DNA of 64,000 nt, taken from positions 98,941,441 through 99,005,440 of the forward strand of contig NC_052150.1 in NCBI RefSeq assembly GCF_902713615.1. The letters are read 5' to 3'. Under the pieces are notes generated by a model. It did not search any database, had not been told where the DNA came from, and worked only from the letters and a program-made list of their open reading frames with translations. Each line of letters starts with the position of its first letter. The first letter of the stretch is position 1. Source of the DNA: Scyliorhinus canicula. Lineage: Eukaryota. A program made the translations under genes and the position numbers. Below, in pieces: positions 37,491 to 49,565 of this stretch.

Positions 37491-37765
37491 CTTCTGAAAA
37501 CTTAGTGTAATAAATTGATGCACGATCAATTACACAAAGACGGGAGTTGGATGCAATCAAGGCTTTAATACACTAAGATGTGTGGCCTCCTACAGCAGCT
37601 GGCGAAGTGGCTGCTGTACTGGGAGCACACACATTTACTCCGCCTACTGGGCGGAGCCAGCAGGCAGGGAACTACCCCCGTACCTGTAGTACAGGGCCTT
37701 ACCACAAAACACCTACATCCTCTATATACAATATATACATCAGTGGTGATTACCACAAGGGCACA

Positions 37766-38410
37766 GGGCCACAATTCAGCAATTCACCCGCTGTGCCTGG
37801 CGCAGATCCAGGCACAACGGGTGAATCGCACGAGAGCCCCAAGCTGGGCCCCGCACTGAACGCAAGTCATCAGACTTGCTCTGCCTGGCGTATCTGCATC
37901 TTGCCCTCGCTGGGCGAGATCCAAATCTGAATATCTAAATGAGCCGCCAGTCACCCGGCATACCTGACCAGGGCACCGTTTAGTAACAGCATGCGGGGGG
38001 AGGGGGGGGGGGGGTGCTCCCAGGCCAATCGAGACACACGAGTGATCAGGGACAGGGCAGGGTTGTACCCTGCCACTCCCCCTGTCAATGCAACCTGGGT
38101 ACACTGATGCTAGGCTGGCAATGCCAGGATGCTCCGGCTGCTGGGTTGGTACTGCCAGGGGCCGGCCCTGGTGCTTTGCTACTGTGGGTGGGGGGGGGGG
38201 GAGATTTCCAGGGGCCTTCCCAAGGTGTGGGGGGGGGGGGGAGGAACTTGAAAGGGGGGTGTGGGAAAATCGGGGCAGCTGGTCAAAATGGCACCCCAAT
38301 CTGTGAACAGCAGAAATCTCTCAATGCGGCCTCGGTGGAGAGAAACTCCACGAGGTCGAAATAAACTGCAAAGTGCCATTGAATAGAGGGTGTTTCCCAG
38401 CTCTGCAGAC
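37766..38410. mobile_element. Probable non-autonomous Harbinger-type element
   Basis: GC-rich insert splitting the CR1 fragment; begins GGGCCACAATTC; AAAATGGCACCCC subterminal motif resembles the reverse complement of sequence near 48160. Confidence 0.55.
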
Positions 38411-39381
38411 TAAAAGTGATTTGCAAAAGAAGCAAATGTTATGTGAGAAAATACTTTTTCGCACGATGAGTGTTCGGGTCTAGAATGCACTGCCTGGAAG
38501 TGTGGTGGAGATACGTTTAATTAAGGCGTTCAAGAGGACGTTCGATGATTACTTAAATAGAAACAAAGTGCTGAGGTACGGGGAGAAGCGAAGATATGGC
38601 AAGAAGTCATGATGCACATTTAGCTTGTCGGTGCAGATATGATGGGCCAAATGGCCTTCTTCTAAGGCATAACAGTTCTGTGCGTCTGTGAATTCACCGA
38701 ATATTTCATAACAAGTGATAGAAAATGCCTAATCAGTCATATATTAATAGAACTATCAAATTCAAATGGTAAAAAGGAAATGCATTTTTATGCTTTCCTT
38801 ACTTAAGTACAAAAGTAACAAAAATGCACATCCTCCCATGTCCACTGGTGTCGTAACGAAGATGTTCCCCAGGATAAGGTAACTGCACTTGCATATCGAG
38901 AATTTGCAGGGCATGCCAGCTGAACTGCAGCAGCACTTTGATTGGACACAGCGGGAACACACGGCTCTCAGTCATTGTGTGTAGTCAGAATGCATCTCAC
39001 TTCACATGTCCTTTCCTTCTGTGCATATCACTTTAACAATACCGCTGTGAAAAAAAATATTCAGACGGAAACCAGAGGAGTCTGGCAACTCTGCCCATGG
39101 ACAGTAGTCAACAAAATGTCTTGTGGGCCACACACAGAACTTTGATGGGCTGCATGCAAGCCACAGATTGCCCACCATTGTTTAAGACTCTCCTTAACAC
39201 CTAACCTTCTGACCAAACCTTTGGTCATCTTGCCGACTAGTGAACGAGGAAAATCTCACTCGAATGATTGTTCTCCGTGTCCTCCGATTTAGTAGCGACA
39301 CAAACATTAAAAGTTTGTGCAATAGAATTTTTTTTAACCTTTATATCCAGTTACAGAATCCATAATTTTAGAAATTATGGA

Positions 39382-39719
39382 GGGGCCTCACGGTAGCATG
39401 ATGGTTAGCATCAATGCTTCACAGCGCCAGGGTCCCAGGTTCGATTCCCGGCTGGGTCACTGTCTGTGTGGAGTCTGCACGTCCTCCCTGTGTGTGCGTG
39501 GGTTTCCTCCGGGTGCTCCGGTTTCCTCCCACAGTCCAAAGATGTGCGGGTTAGGTTGATTGGCCATGCTAAATTGCCCGTAGTGTAAGGTTAATGGGGG
39601 GATTGTTGGGTTACGGGTATACAGGTTACGTGGGTTTAAGTAGGGTGATCATTGCTCGGCACAACATCGAGGGCCGAAGGGCCTGTTCTGTGCTGTACTG
39701 TTCTATGTTCTATGTTCTA
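39382..39719 (+). mobile_element. V-SINE with a CR1 tail matching the CR1 at 3682
   Basis: Tail CAACATCGAGGGCCGAAGGGCC...(TGTTCTA)3 is nearly identical to the 3' end of CR1 3682-3745(-). Confidence 0.92.
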
Positions 39720-40859
39720 AATGTATTTTCAAGACCACACTTGGAAAGAAAAAAAACACAATTCACACAAACTTAATATATTTTTTTAATTCTAAAAATA
39801 GTTTAAAATTGTCATGCTGTGACATGTTGCAACAATGCTACTCAAACAAATATAAAACAACAATGCTACAAAAATGTACACATTCAGTGCTAGTTACATT
39901 GTTTAAGCAACCAGACTGGTTTATTCAAAGTCAAAAAATTGTAAGGATAGCCAATTCAGTACTGATCAGTAATATTTAATAAACAAAATGCTTTAGGATT
40001 CTAATTTCCCAGCCCTGGTATCGAACATGTACATAGGCTGAATTTAACGGGAATCAGGTGCGGTGAATCAGTAAATTAGATTGCCCTGCCTTTGGGTCTC
40101 CATCATAACTTTACAAACTGTAGGGGAGGCACTGGATGTGCCATCTGCCTGTGGTCCAATTGAGGTCCTTAAGTGGGCAAATTCATCCTGCCACCCCCTA
40201 TTTAATTGGTGGCATGGGAGACCTGCACCCAATGTGTAGCATGTGGGATGTTGGATTTGGGGAGGGGGGTTGGGAGTAAGAGGGAGAGGGGGGTGTTGAT
40301 GTTGGTGGTATCTTCTTCCCATGCTCAAGTGCAATTGGAGTTGCCACCAGCACCCCCCATCGCCACCCGTAGTTTTTCCCCACATCCACCATCCCCACCC
40401 TGGTGAGATCCTGCACTTACCTGGGTTTTGGAGAATCCACTGTTCCTCTTTTTTATGCCTCCCTCCTGCCATTGGCCAGTAGCTTTATAAGGCAGATCTT
40501 CCTCCTGGAGACAGATAGAAGTCCCACCTCAGACTAATTAAAAGGCCGCCATCCGAAAAATTAATGTGGGGCAATCTGTCCAAGTGGAGGCAGGCTCAAC
40601 CCCACAATTTAAACTGGAGTGCCTGCCATAATAATCCAGCATATAATCCAGCCTCATATCTCATTCCTGAGAAATTATGTTGCATGAATAAAAAAGAATA
40701 TTGTTAAGGCTTAGTTATCAGTGAATATTTTTATTTTATAAAAGTAAATAGCTTTCTGATTAGTTTGCATTGGTGTCATGTCAATATCTGATATAGCTGG
40801 ATAATTGGTTAAAGGTGGAAAGGAATTTCACTTTGGAACTTTGATGTAAAAATTGGGCT

Positions 40860-40932
40860 GCCTCAGCTGATGAAGGAGCTATGCTCCGAAAGCTCGTGAT
40901 TTCAAACAAACCTGTTGGACTTTAACCTGGTG
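40860..40932 (+). mobile_element. Penelope-like pLTR fragment with a minimal hammerhead motif
   Basis: CTGATGA-AGGAGC-TAT-GCTCC-GAAAGCTC-GTGA followed by AAACAAACCTGTTGGACTTTAACCTGGTG, the same as 60730-60797(-). Confidence 0.8.
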
Positions 40933-42864
40933 CCGTTTATTTGTTACCACTTAAGAGAATTATTTTTACACATTCTTAAATTATTTTAGCATGTTTTTCT
41001 ATCATTAACATGAGCCCTTGCTAAAAGGTTCAAGTTCACCTATTCTGTATGTGCAAAATGTTACAGGAAACAGAATAAATACCTGTTTACAGCATTTCTC
41101 AGGTTAACTGCATGTAATGATAAATTAGCAGCAATTACAAAAAGATAACTATATCTTCCACATGTCAAACGTAAAGAATAAACCATTTGGAAATATTTTG
41201 CTTAAACAACATCTTAAGAAATATTAATTATTAACATGGTTGTATTAAACAGTAGCGACATATAGCTTTATACATGAACCAACAGAAAAACGAGAAAATA
41301 GTCTCCAATACAAAGAAATCAAAATAAATTAACAGAATGAAGATCAGATCTTAAATGATTATTTATCCTACCAAAGTCAGAATTCATAATAAATATCAAA
41401 ACTTTATTAATTGTTAGTGCAAGTTTAGAGTCTCTTAGAAAGAGAATTGACATCTCTTTGTCCATTTGTAGAATTAATGTGCGAAATTGTACCAGTTGAA
41501 TCATCAATTGCTAAATATATTGTTTTGTAAAGTGCACAGTGTTAACCAAAGAAACTCATAACAGAAGAATTACTGTCAATATCTGAACATTAAATATTAT
41601 TGCAAAACAAGCTATACCTATAATTATTCGCCAACAGCTACACTAGATATTTTTCAAATACCCTACACTTGTACCTCACACAGTTACATCAGTAGTATCA
41701 ATGCACTTTTTAGAAATATGAAAAATAATGATGTGGATAGGAAACAATAAATTGAGATTGTGTTTTTCTGGATAGAAAACAGCCTGAATATAACAACTTG
41801 AAAACTGAAGAGATATAAGAACATAATTTTGATGATTTTGATGCTTTCCAATTTTTGTTGGGGAACAAGCATTCATGTTAAAATTCTGAGGTTTGCAATG
41901 TCACTTGAATAAATGGCTTCAGGGGACATTACTTTACCAAATCAAACAATCTCTCTGAAGTAATTGCAAGAACATATTGCATATAAGAGAACATACATCC
42001 AAAAACTATTCTTCACAGTATTAGTGAACAAACACAAAATGCATCATTTGACATTCCACTGATCACCATTTAAATTCAAAAAATACCTTGAATATTTTAA
42101 GTAGGCAACTGCCTGTCCTAGAAGGGCACATGGAGGAGACTAATTTGAGGGTTAAGTGTTTTTCTGCTCAATTGGGCAACTGCAATTTCTATGTGTATAC
42201 ATAAAAAGCTATGAAAAGGAAGTAATGCATCACACAGTTCAATAATACCGCAAATAAATAGTAACTGGAACAATCCACTGAGTGGAGGGGAACCTTTCCA
42301 TATAATTATGAACATAATATTTGGTCAATCAATTATTCAAAACTTTTCACTTCTCACTCAGAAAACCCCCCTGCCTTGATGGATCATTCATTTTTCAGAA
42401 ATTATACAGCTGAAGGTTGCTTCATTCTTATTTTCTAGTTAGACTCCCATCAGTGCACCATTGAATCACTCTCAGTTTTACAGGAAAGTAAAAATACATA
42501 TATAAATATGTATATACCAGGACATATATACCCTTGCACATAAGAGGTAAATAATGACAGCTAAAGCTAGTATATGCTATTAAATAAATGCATTGTAAGG
42601 CCCAAGACTCAGCTGGCATGTCTCTTATGATGGGAGACGTAAGTTTCTAAAGAATTCATTCTCTCAAAACAAAACCTAAAGAGTTATTATAGAGGAAAGC
42701 AATAGTACTTCACAAGAAAGGAAATTGGATGGGTTGCAGAAAGAACACTTGCTTCACTACCAATTGTTTTCTGCCACTACTGAAAGTTAAAATCTATCCT
42801 TTTAACAAACTGATAGACAGGGGGAATTATTGAGTTCTAGTTTAGTTCAAGTGATATGAACACC

Positions 42865-43560
42865 ACTGGCCAGGCCAACATTTATTAATTGATCTCGAGA
42901 AGGTGGTGTTGAGTTACCTTCTTGAACTGCTGAAGGGCATGTAGCATAGGTACACCCAGAGTGCTGGTAAGGAGAATGATACAGAATTTTCAACCAGTGA
43001 AAGTGAAGGAACAGCAATATATTTCCAAGTCAGAATCATGTGTGACTTGGAGGAGAACCTTCAGGTAGTGGTGTTCCTCTGCATGTGCTGCCCATATCTT
43101 TCTAGGCAGCAGTGGTTGTGAATTTGGAAAGTGCTATCAATAGAACCTCAGTGAGTTCTTGAATATGATACACACTGAACCATGATGTGTCACTGAGGGA
43201 GGGACATAACGTTTAAGGTGGCGGATGTACTGTCAAGCAAGTATGCTGCTTGATCTGAATGATGTCAAGCTGCTTAAGTGATTTTGGGCCTGCACTCATT
43301 CAAGCAAATGAAGAGTATTTCAGCAGACTTACTGACTTGTGACTTGTAGATGGTGGACAGGCTTTGGGGAGTCAGAAGGGAACTTATTTGCAGCAAAATA
43401 TGCAGCCTCTGACCTACGCTGCTAGCTAAGTATTTATGTGGCTGGATTCTGGTCAATGGTGAGCCTCCAGAATTTTGATGATTAGCAAGTCAATGGGGGA
43501 GATAGATAGATTCTCTCTTGTTGGAGATTGTCATTGTCTGGCACTTGTGTAGTACAAATG
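42865..43560 (-). mobile_element. 3' fragment of the second CR1-group LINE family
   Basis: Reverse-complement homolog of 53170-54230 (LLTPQSLSTIYKSQV; TTCAAGAAGG..CTCA.CACC). Confidence 0.8.
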
Positions 43561-45093
43561 AATGCATATTAAAAATAGAATGAGGATAGGCAGATCAGAG
43601 GGAAAAACAGGAAGTGATTTTATTAAAATGGTAAACTGCAGTTGAATCTTCTTTGCATGCCATGCAGTTCCAATGTGTGGGAGAAGCCCTTGACTCTTAA
43701 AGATCCTACAGTCTTAAAAGGACTCCCAGTAATGAAAGTATAAGCCTGGAAAATAGACTGTAATATATTATCTTACAAATATATCAATGTCAACATCAAA
43801 GTGGCAGATGGAGGATTTTTTGAACAAAAACGCTAACTTTGTATGATAATATCACACATTATTATCCCCTTATAAAGTTAATGAACAACCACTCTTTCAC
43901 CAGTCAATTTTGTCAGTATAATATTATAAATAAATTTGCTGTGAAAATACACTGTCCATCATGAAACAACATTTCTAAAAATGGAAAGATGCAGAAATCA
44001 TGGGCAGGATTTTCAATCGGGGTTGGGATAATGTGGCTAGTTTTGGCTTCTGTCCCTGCACGGCATGCTTTAGGCATGCTTATAGGGCTACCAACCTTCC
44101 AGGATTGGCCTGGTGTTGCCAGGAATTGAAGATCAATCGCTAAAACATTGCTGTGCAATCCCTGTGGACAGTAAAGTATTTATTTTATCATTCTCTTAAA
44201 AAATTTCTCTTTACCAGCTATAAAAAAATTGAAAATGAGAAAAGGGGCTGTTTGATGCACAGTCAAGCATAATCCAATTGGATAATGAGCCTTTCTACTT
44301 TCCAACTGGAGTAGAAAGACAATATCTCAAGGATGTGCTGGCTGACTAATAACTGGAGGACAGGGACAAGTCATGCGAAGAGACCTCCAGAAATTTGTTT
44401 AATCGTACATGGCAACCCACGATGCCCACTGCAGTCATCAATTGGCACCAGCCAATTAAAGACCAGGAAAGAGGCTCCAGCATATGGGTGGTCATTTTGA
44501 GTCAGATGGGGGTGTTGACAGGGTTCTTCACTTGATCTTTGTGACCTGCTCTCTCTCCATGTTGGCTTTAAATTGGCCCAGAACAATATGGGTTGTCCAT
44601 ATTGCCAACTGGAAATTCCATTTGTGCAGGAATATGGCCTTAATAGGCTCCATAATTTACAATAAGTGCCCTTAATTGGCTATCCAGCCTGCCGGGTGAC
44701 TGATCCATCCCTAATCAGCCCTCATTCAAAATGGCTTAGTGTTGAGACTGCGGCAAAGCACTGGCACGGATATCAGTGGTGCCAATTTGAGTACTTATCT
44801 GCCTCGATCCAGACTTTGTTCCATTAAAAAATTCCAGTTCACATTTTGAAAATATAGCAATGAATATCCAAGGAGGTGTTCCTACTTGTTTGCTGTAACT
44901 TTTGTGGAAGAGCCAAGGAAGTATGAGAAACGCGCTATAAACAGCATTTACACCATTGCTTGGGTAATTTGGGTAGCTGTTCCCAAACAGTTACACTGGA
45001 TAAGTAGGAGACTCTCACTGGAAGTTTGCCCCCATGAATGGTTTTATCATTTATGTTTCCGATACTCAGTACACACTGAATTCTAGTTATCAG

Positions 45094-45660
45094 GGGCGGG
45101 ATTCTCCGACCCCCCCGCGCCGGTCGGCGGGCCCCGCGGCGATTCTCCGGCCCGCGATGGGTTAAAGTCCCATCGCTGACAGGCCTCTCCTGCCGACATG
45201 GATCAAACCACCTACCTGACCGGCAGGATTGGCGGCGCGGGCAGGCTCTGGGGTCCTGTGGGGGTGGGGGGGGGGGGGGGGGGAGGCGATCTGACCATGG
45301 GGGGGTGCCCCCATGGTGGCCTGGCCCACGATCGGGGCCCACCGATCGGCGGGGGGGGCCTGTGCTATGGGGGCACTCTTTTTCTTCTGCCTTTGCCATG
45401 GTCTTCACCATGGTGGAGGCAGAAGAGACCCCCTCCCCTGCGCATGCGCCGGTATGACGTCAGCAGACGCTGACGCTCCGGCGCATGCGTGGACTTACGC
45501 CAGCCGGTGAAGTCCTTTCGGCCCCGGCTGGCGTGGCACCAAAGGCCGTTCACGCCAGCAGGCGGAGTGGGAACCACTCTGGCGTGGACCTAGCCCTTCA
45601 GTGTGAGGGCTTGGCCCCTAAAGTGGTGGCGAATCCGCCGGGTAGGGGAGAATCCCGGCC
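45094..45660. mobile_element. Harbinger-type MITE, family B
   Basis: TIRs GGGCGGGATTCTCC / GGAGAATCCCGGCC; perfect 3-bp TSD CAG. Confidence 0.92.
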
Positions 45661-46971
45661 CAGATTTTTTTATCAACTTAACAATAAATAATTAGGAAAA
45701 TAGGAACCAAAAGGTAAATATAGATCTTACCGGTTAGACATTTTCTTCGAAACAACATTGGTAAATAGAGGTGAAAGATTTAAGCAGTCACTGGACAATC
45801 ACAGTATTCCCTTTCTTGGAGAAAAAAATAGTTTCACAGATTTCTATGCAGGATTGTTGATGATTTTGTATTCTGTTAAACTTAATTCTCTCATAGAGAT
45901 AATTAAAATCCCAACAATAATCCAATTATTTCCAGTGGTTTGTTTACGAATATTATTGCACAGAGAGTTGTGCATTGTTGGTCTAGCCCACATCTATCTC
46001 TTCAGTTCCAAGATTAGTGATTCGCATAAGTACAACATGTAACAAACAAAACGTTTTGTTAGACAACTAAATCTTCACAGAACCTGAGGATAGCTCTGCA
46101 GAGTTCACTATTTCTGAAGTCACTTAGATTTAACGCACATTGAATTTCAATTAGTTGGAGCCGGAAATGTTTTTTAAACCATCATTACCATAACAAAAGA
46201 ATATCAACGCTTGACACATTACGTGGCATCTTGATGGTTTTCTTACTGCAGCTCTTAGTAGCAGCAAAATGTTAAACCTTGTATTTAGCTGCCAATTTGA
46301 TAACATTTTTCACAAGCTTTTTGGGATTAAAGAAATGCCATCGATTGGGAAACAGAGAAGGAAACAGGTCTCGCTGTGGAAATAGTTTTCTTAATAATAT
46401 CCCTGGTGTCACTGAATTATGAAGAAAGACTGGAGAAAGTTGAGCTCTTCAGCCTTGATCGGAGGTGATTGAGGGAGGGCCCCATAGATTTCATAATAAA
46501 AAAGTGTAGAATGGGTAAATGAAAAAATCGACTAGACGTTAAACCATAACAATGGGACAAGTGAATACAGGCTTAAAATAGTGAAAGAGTAACTTGAGGT
46601 TGATGTTTTAAAGTTTGCTTCATGCAAAGTAATCAACATACAGTAGGAGAAATATGCCCGGAAAAGAAACATAAAACTTGTGAAGCGGCAGCCTGATTTT
46701 CATTTCCAATTCTGCTACCTGCAACCTGCTACCACCCCAAGACCAATTTCACCCTCCTGGAGTGGACTTCCTGGTGAGGAAACGGAAACTTTCAAATCCA
46801 TTAAGAAGCTGTTGGAAAATATGACTAAAAATGGGCACTGTTGGTTCTTCAGGATGGGTGAGCTCGGATGGATTGACATGCTTCCCTCATCCGTGTCTAT
46901 TTTGTGAGCTGGTCATTTGATCTGGAGCCCATTAAGGAGCTTAGGATTCTGTTGTTTTTTTAATGTTTCTG

Positions 46972-47088
46972 TCACAAGCCAAGCTTCTGAATTACTTGCA
47001 TTTTGTTGAAATACGCATGGTGCTCCTCTGGTTTGCCACGCCTGTATGCTGTAGTTTTTGAACTAACTATAGGTAATGAAACTTTTCC
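46972..47088 (-). CDS. ITGB8: Integrin beta-8, last coding exon (cytoplasmic tail)
   Basis: tttttcaag|GKVSLPIVSSKTTAYRRGKPEEHHAYFNKMQVIQKLGL*; YRRxKPEE matches the beta-8 tail; phase 0; not in the ORF track. Confidence 0.88.
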   Translation of the reverse strand, partial: GKVSLPIVSSKTTAYRRGKPEEHHAYFNKMQVIQKLGL

Positions 47089-47221
47089 CTTGAAAAAGAA
47101 AAGAAATTTGTACCTTCAATAGTTTTTCCCAGTATATTTCCCTCTTGATGAATTACCATAAATAACCTAAATATTCTTAAACTTTCTGGCCACTTGTAAA
47201 TCTATAACCTATTAGTTCTAC

Positions 47222-47388
47222 CTTTTGTGGAGGAGATATTTTGCAATTGTTTCCAGGATGATTTGGTTCATTTGAATTCCAGTGCATCATTATTTGCCTG
47301 ATTACAATCACAATGATTAATCCAGTAATAACCGTACCAGCAGCAAAGACAAGAAACATTGCAAGGATATTGTTGCTGGAGTAGTATT
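47222..47388 (-). CDS. ITGB8: Integrin beta-8, transmembrane exon
   Basis: ttttcag|EYYSSNNILAMFLVFAAGTVITGLIIVIVIRQIMMHWNSN...PPQK|gtag; 167 nt; IRQxxxxWNSN is a beta-8 signature. Confidence 0.93.
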
Positions 47389-48185
47389 CTGAAAAATAAT
47401 GATAAAAATAAGTCGAAAAAATTATCTTCAATGTGAGACTATATAGAGTGCATCATTGTAATTCCATAAATGCTCAAAAAAAATCAATTAATTTAAAATA
47501 TCAGTTCAAAATATCAGTTAATTTGTAAAGAATTTCTAATTACAGAATTTCTAATTATTAGATTTTGCAATGATTATTAATGAGGCAAGCACAGTCTGCA
47601 TGATAGTTTTACTCAAAATTCAAAAGACACTTTTGCAGATTATCAGCTGAGGCTTCCCTACTTTGACAATGTACTTTAATAGCCTACTCACCTATATTCA
47701 AAAGTTATTAGCTAATACAAATTAATACAATACAAAAAACCCTCAATAATATTTTACTAAAATTTCTCAATTCCTACGGCATAAAGCATTCAATTTTCTT
47801 TGCGAACAAAGCTGAGTAAGTAGGAAACTTTGAGCACAGAAAACCATGGGTTACGTAGTTGAAAATCATATTCGGCCCATTAATTTATTTCCTGCAGGAA
47901 GTGCAACTCAACTTAAAAACTGTCACCAAGTCAAATGAGGTCTACAGATCCAACATCCTGGGTGCTCCTGGTAAGGTTGACACCATGGGCACAATCTAAT
48001 GGAAATGAAAGAGATCCTGTGTCCCAGCACCTAGATAAACCCCACTATCTAATGGGACTCTGTTTTATTTGTGGGCCTCAGCAGGAATGCCCTGCACAGG
48101 CCGCACTTAGTCTCATTTCCTGCACTGAGGAACTCCACTTGCCAGTGAAGGAAGACATCGGGGTGCCATTTTTAATTCTTATACA

Positions 48186-49090
48186 ATCATAGAATTTACA
48201 GTTGTCATATGAGAGTATCTTTAAGAAATGGATATTTAAGCAATGTACCTTTAAGAAATGTAGCAGCTCATATTACTGAAGTGATGTCAGAGGGTGGGGG
48301 GAGCTGAGCTGAGCTCACTTCTGTTTTTGGTTTTAGTTTTGAGGAAAAGAGCTTGGGTGTGTCTGTGTTTGCAGTGAGCTGGATCTGCTGTGATCTCTGC
48401 CATGAAAGACTATCTCTGAATCATTTGGGTGATTTAAACTCATAATAATAATGTCTTTAACCTGGTGCGTTTCTGTTTAAAGGTGTTAAGTCTCTTGGAT
48501 GTTTAAAGGAACAACTGAAGGATTATTTAGTGTTGTATTATTTTCAGAGTTATCTTTGAAGTAAGTGGTGTTGAGTGATCCAATGTTTATTTAAAAGGTT
48601 AAGTTGAATTCATGGAATAAACATTGTTTTGTGTTTAAAAACCCACGTGTCCATAATTGTAATACCAAACCTGGAGAACAAGCCGTGTGTTTCAAAAGCA
48701 ATAATACATAAAAAGGGGAGGTTGGTTGAACTCCATGATACATTTTGGGGTTCTGAAAACGCCTCTCCCATAACATAGTGCAGAAGGAGGCCACTCGGTC
48801 CATCGTGTCTGCACTGGCTCTTGGAAAGAGCACCCCACTCAAGCCCACACCTCCACCCTATCCCTGCAACCCAATAACCCCACTGAACATAAAGACAATT
48901 TGGCATGGCCAATCCACCTAACCTGCACATCTTTGGACTGTGGGGGGAAACCAGAGCACCCGGAGGAAACCCACGCAGACACAGGGATAATGTTCAGACT
49001 CCGCACAGACAGTGATCCAAGCTGGGAATCGAACCGGGGACCCTGGAGCTGTAAAGCAACAGGGCTAACCACTCTGCTACCATGCCGCCC
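48186..49090 (-). mobile_element. V-SINE with CR1 tail, split in its tail by a solo LTR
   Basis: ATCATAGAATTTACAGT [LTR] TAGTGCAGAAGGAGGCC...V-core...CATGCCGCCC. Confidence 0.9.
48203..48775 (+). mobile_element. Solo LTR
   Basis: TGTCATATG...CCATAACA; 4-bp TSD CAGT/TAGT; AATAAA at 48616. Confidence 0.88.
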
Positions 49091-49373
49091 CGATGAGTCC
49101 CCCCTCAATGCGACACCCGACCTCCCACCCCCCCGCCAAATGCCTCAAGTCACCTATAGGGGGTCATCAAGCCCTCACACCCCAGCTAATAAGGGCAGGG
49201 CACCCTGGGCATAATGCCCGCGACACGTAAAATTCCATCTGGGCACCCTGGCAATTCCAGGGTGGCATCGCCAGTATGTCCAGGTGACATTGCCAGCATA
49301 TCCTGGTGGCATCAGGGGTTCCCAGAGCCCAGCCACCTAAAGGCACCCGATTCCCTGGAAGAACCCACCCAAG

Positions 49374-49565
49374 TGGGGCTGGTTTAGCTCACTGGGCTAA
49401 ATCGCTGGCTTTTAAAGCAGACCAAGCAGGCCAGCAGCACGGTTCGATTCCCATACCAGCCTCCCCGGACAGGCGCCGGAATGTGGCGACTAGGGGCTTG
49501 TCACAGTAACTTCATTGAAGCCTACTCGTGACAATAAGCGATTTTCATTTTCATTTTCATTTTCA
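49374..49565 (+). mobile_element. tRNA-derived SINE (non-V family) with (TTTTCA)n tail
   Basis: A-box TAGCTCACTGG, B-box GGTTCGATTCCC; flanked by CAAGTG(G) direct repeat. Confidence 0.85.

Larger units (their letters stand above)
32541..37757 (-). mobile_element. Full-length decayed Ty3/Gypsy provirus (Mag-like gag)
   Basis: Paired LTRs 32541-32787 and 37516-37757 (about 90-93% identical by eye); perfect 5-bp TSD AGGGC; PPT TTAACAGGGGGTGAA next to the left (3') LTR. Confidence 0.97.
32330..38690 (+). mobile_element. CR1 3' fragment (about 32330-32540 plus 38411-38690) split by the Gypsy provirus and a Harbinger-type element
   Basis: QRRFTRMVPGMRNLSYEDRLESLGLFSLE before the insertion; FF...VRV*NALPGSVVE and a CR1 3' end after it. 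Confidence 0.8.
40710..46971 (-). other. ITGB8: Probable long 3' UTR of ITGB8 (end uncertain)
   Basis: AT-rich, relatively repeat-poor sequence after the stop codon; AATAAA(-) at 40730, 41403, 43619 and 44180; miRNA 8mer cluster at 41050-41696. Confidence 0.5.
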
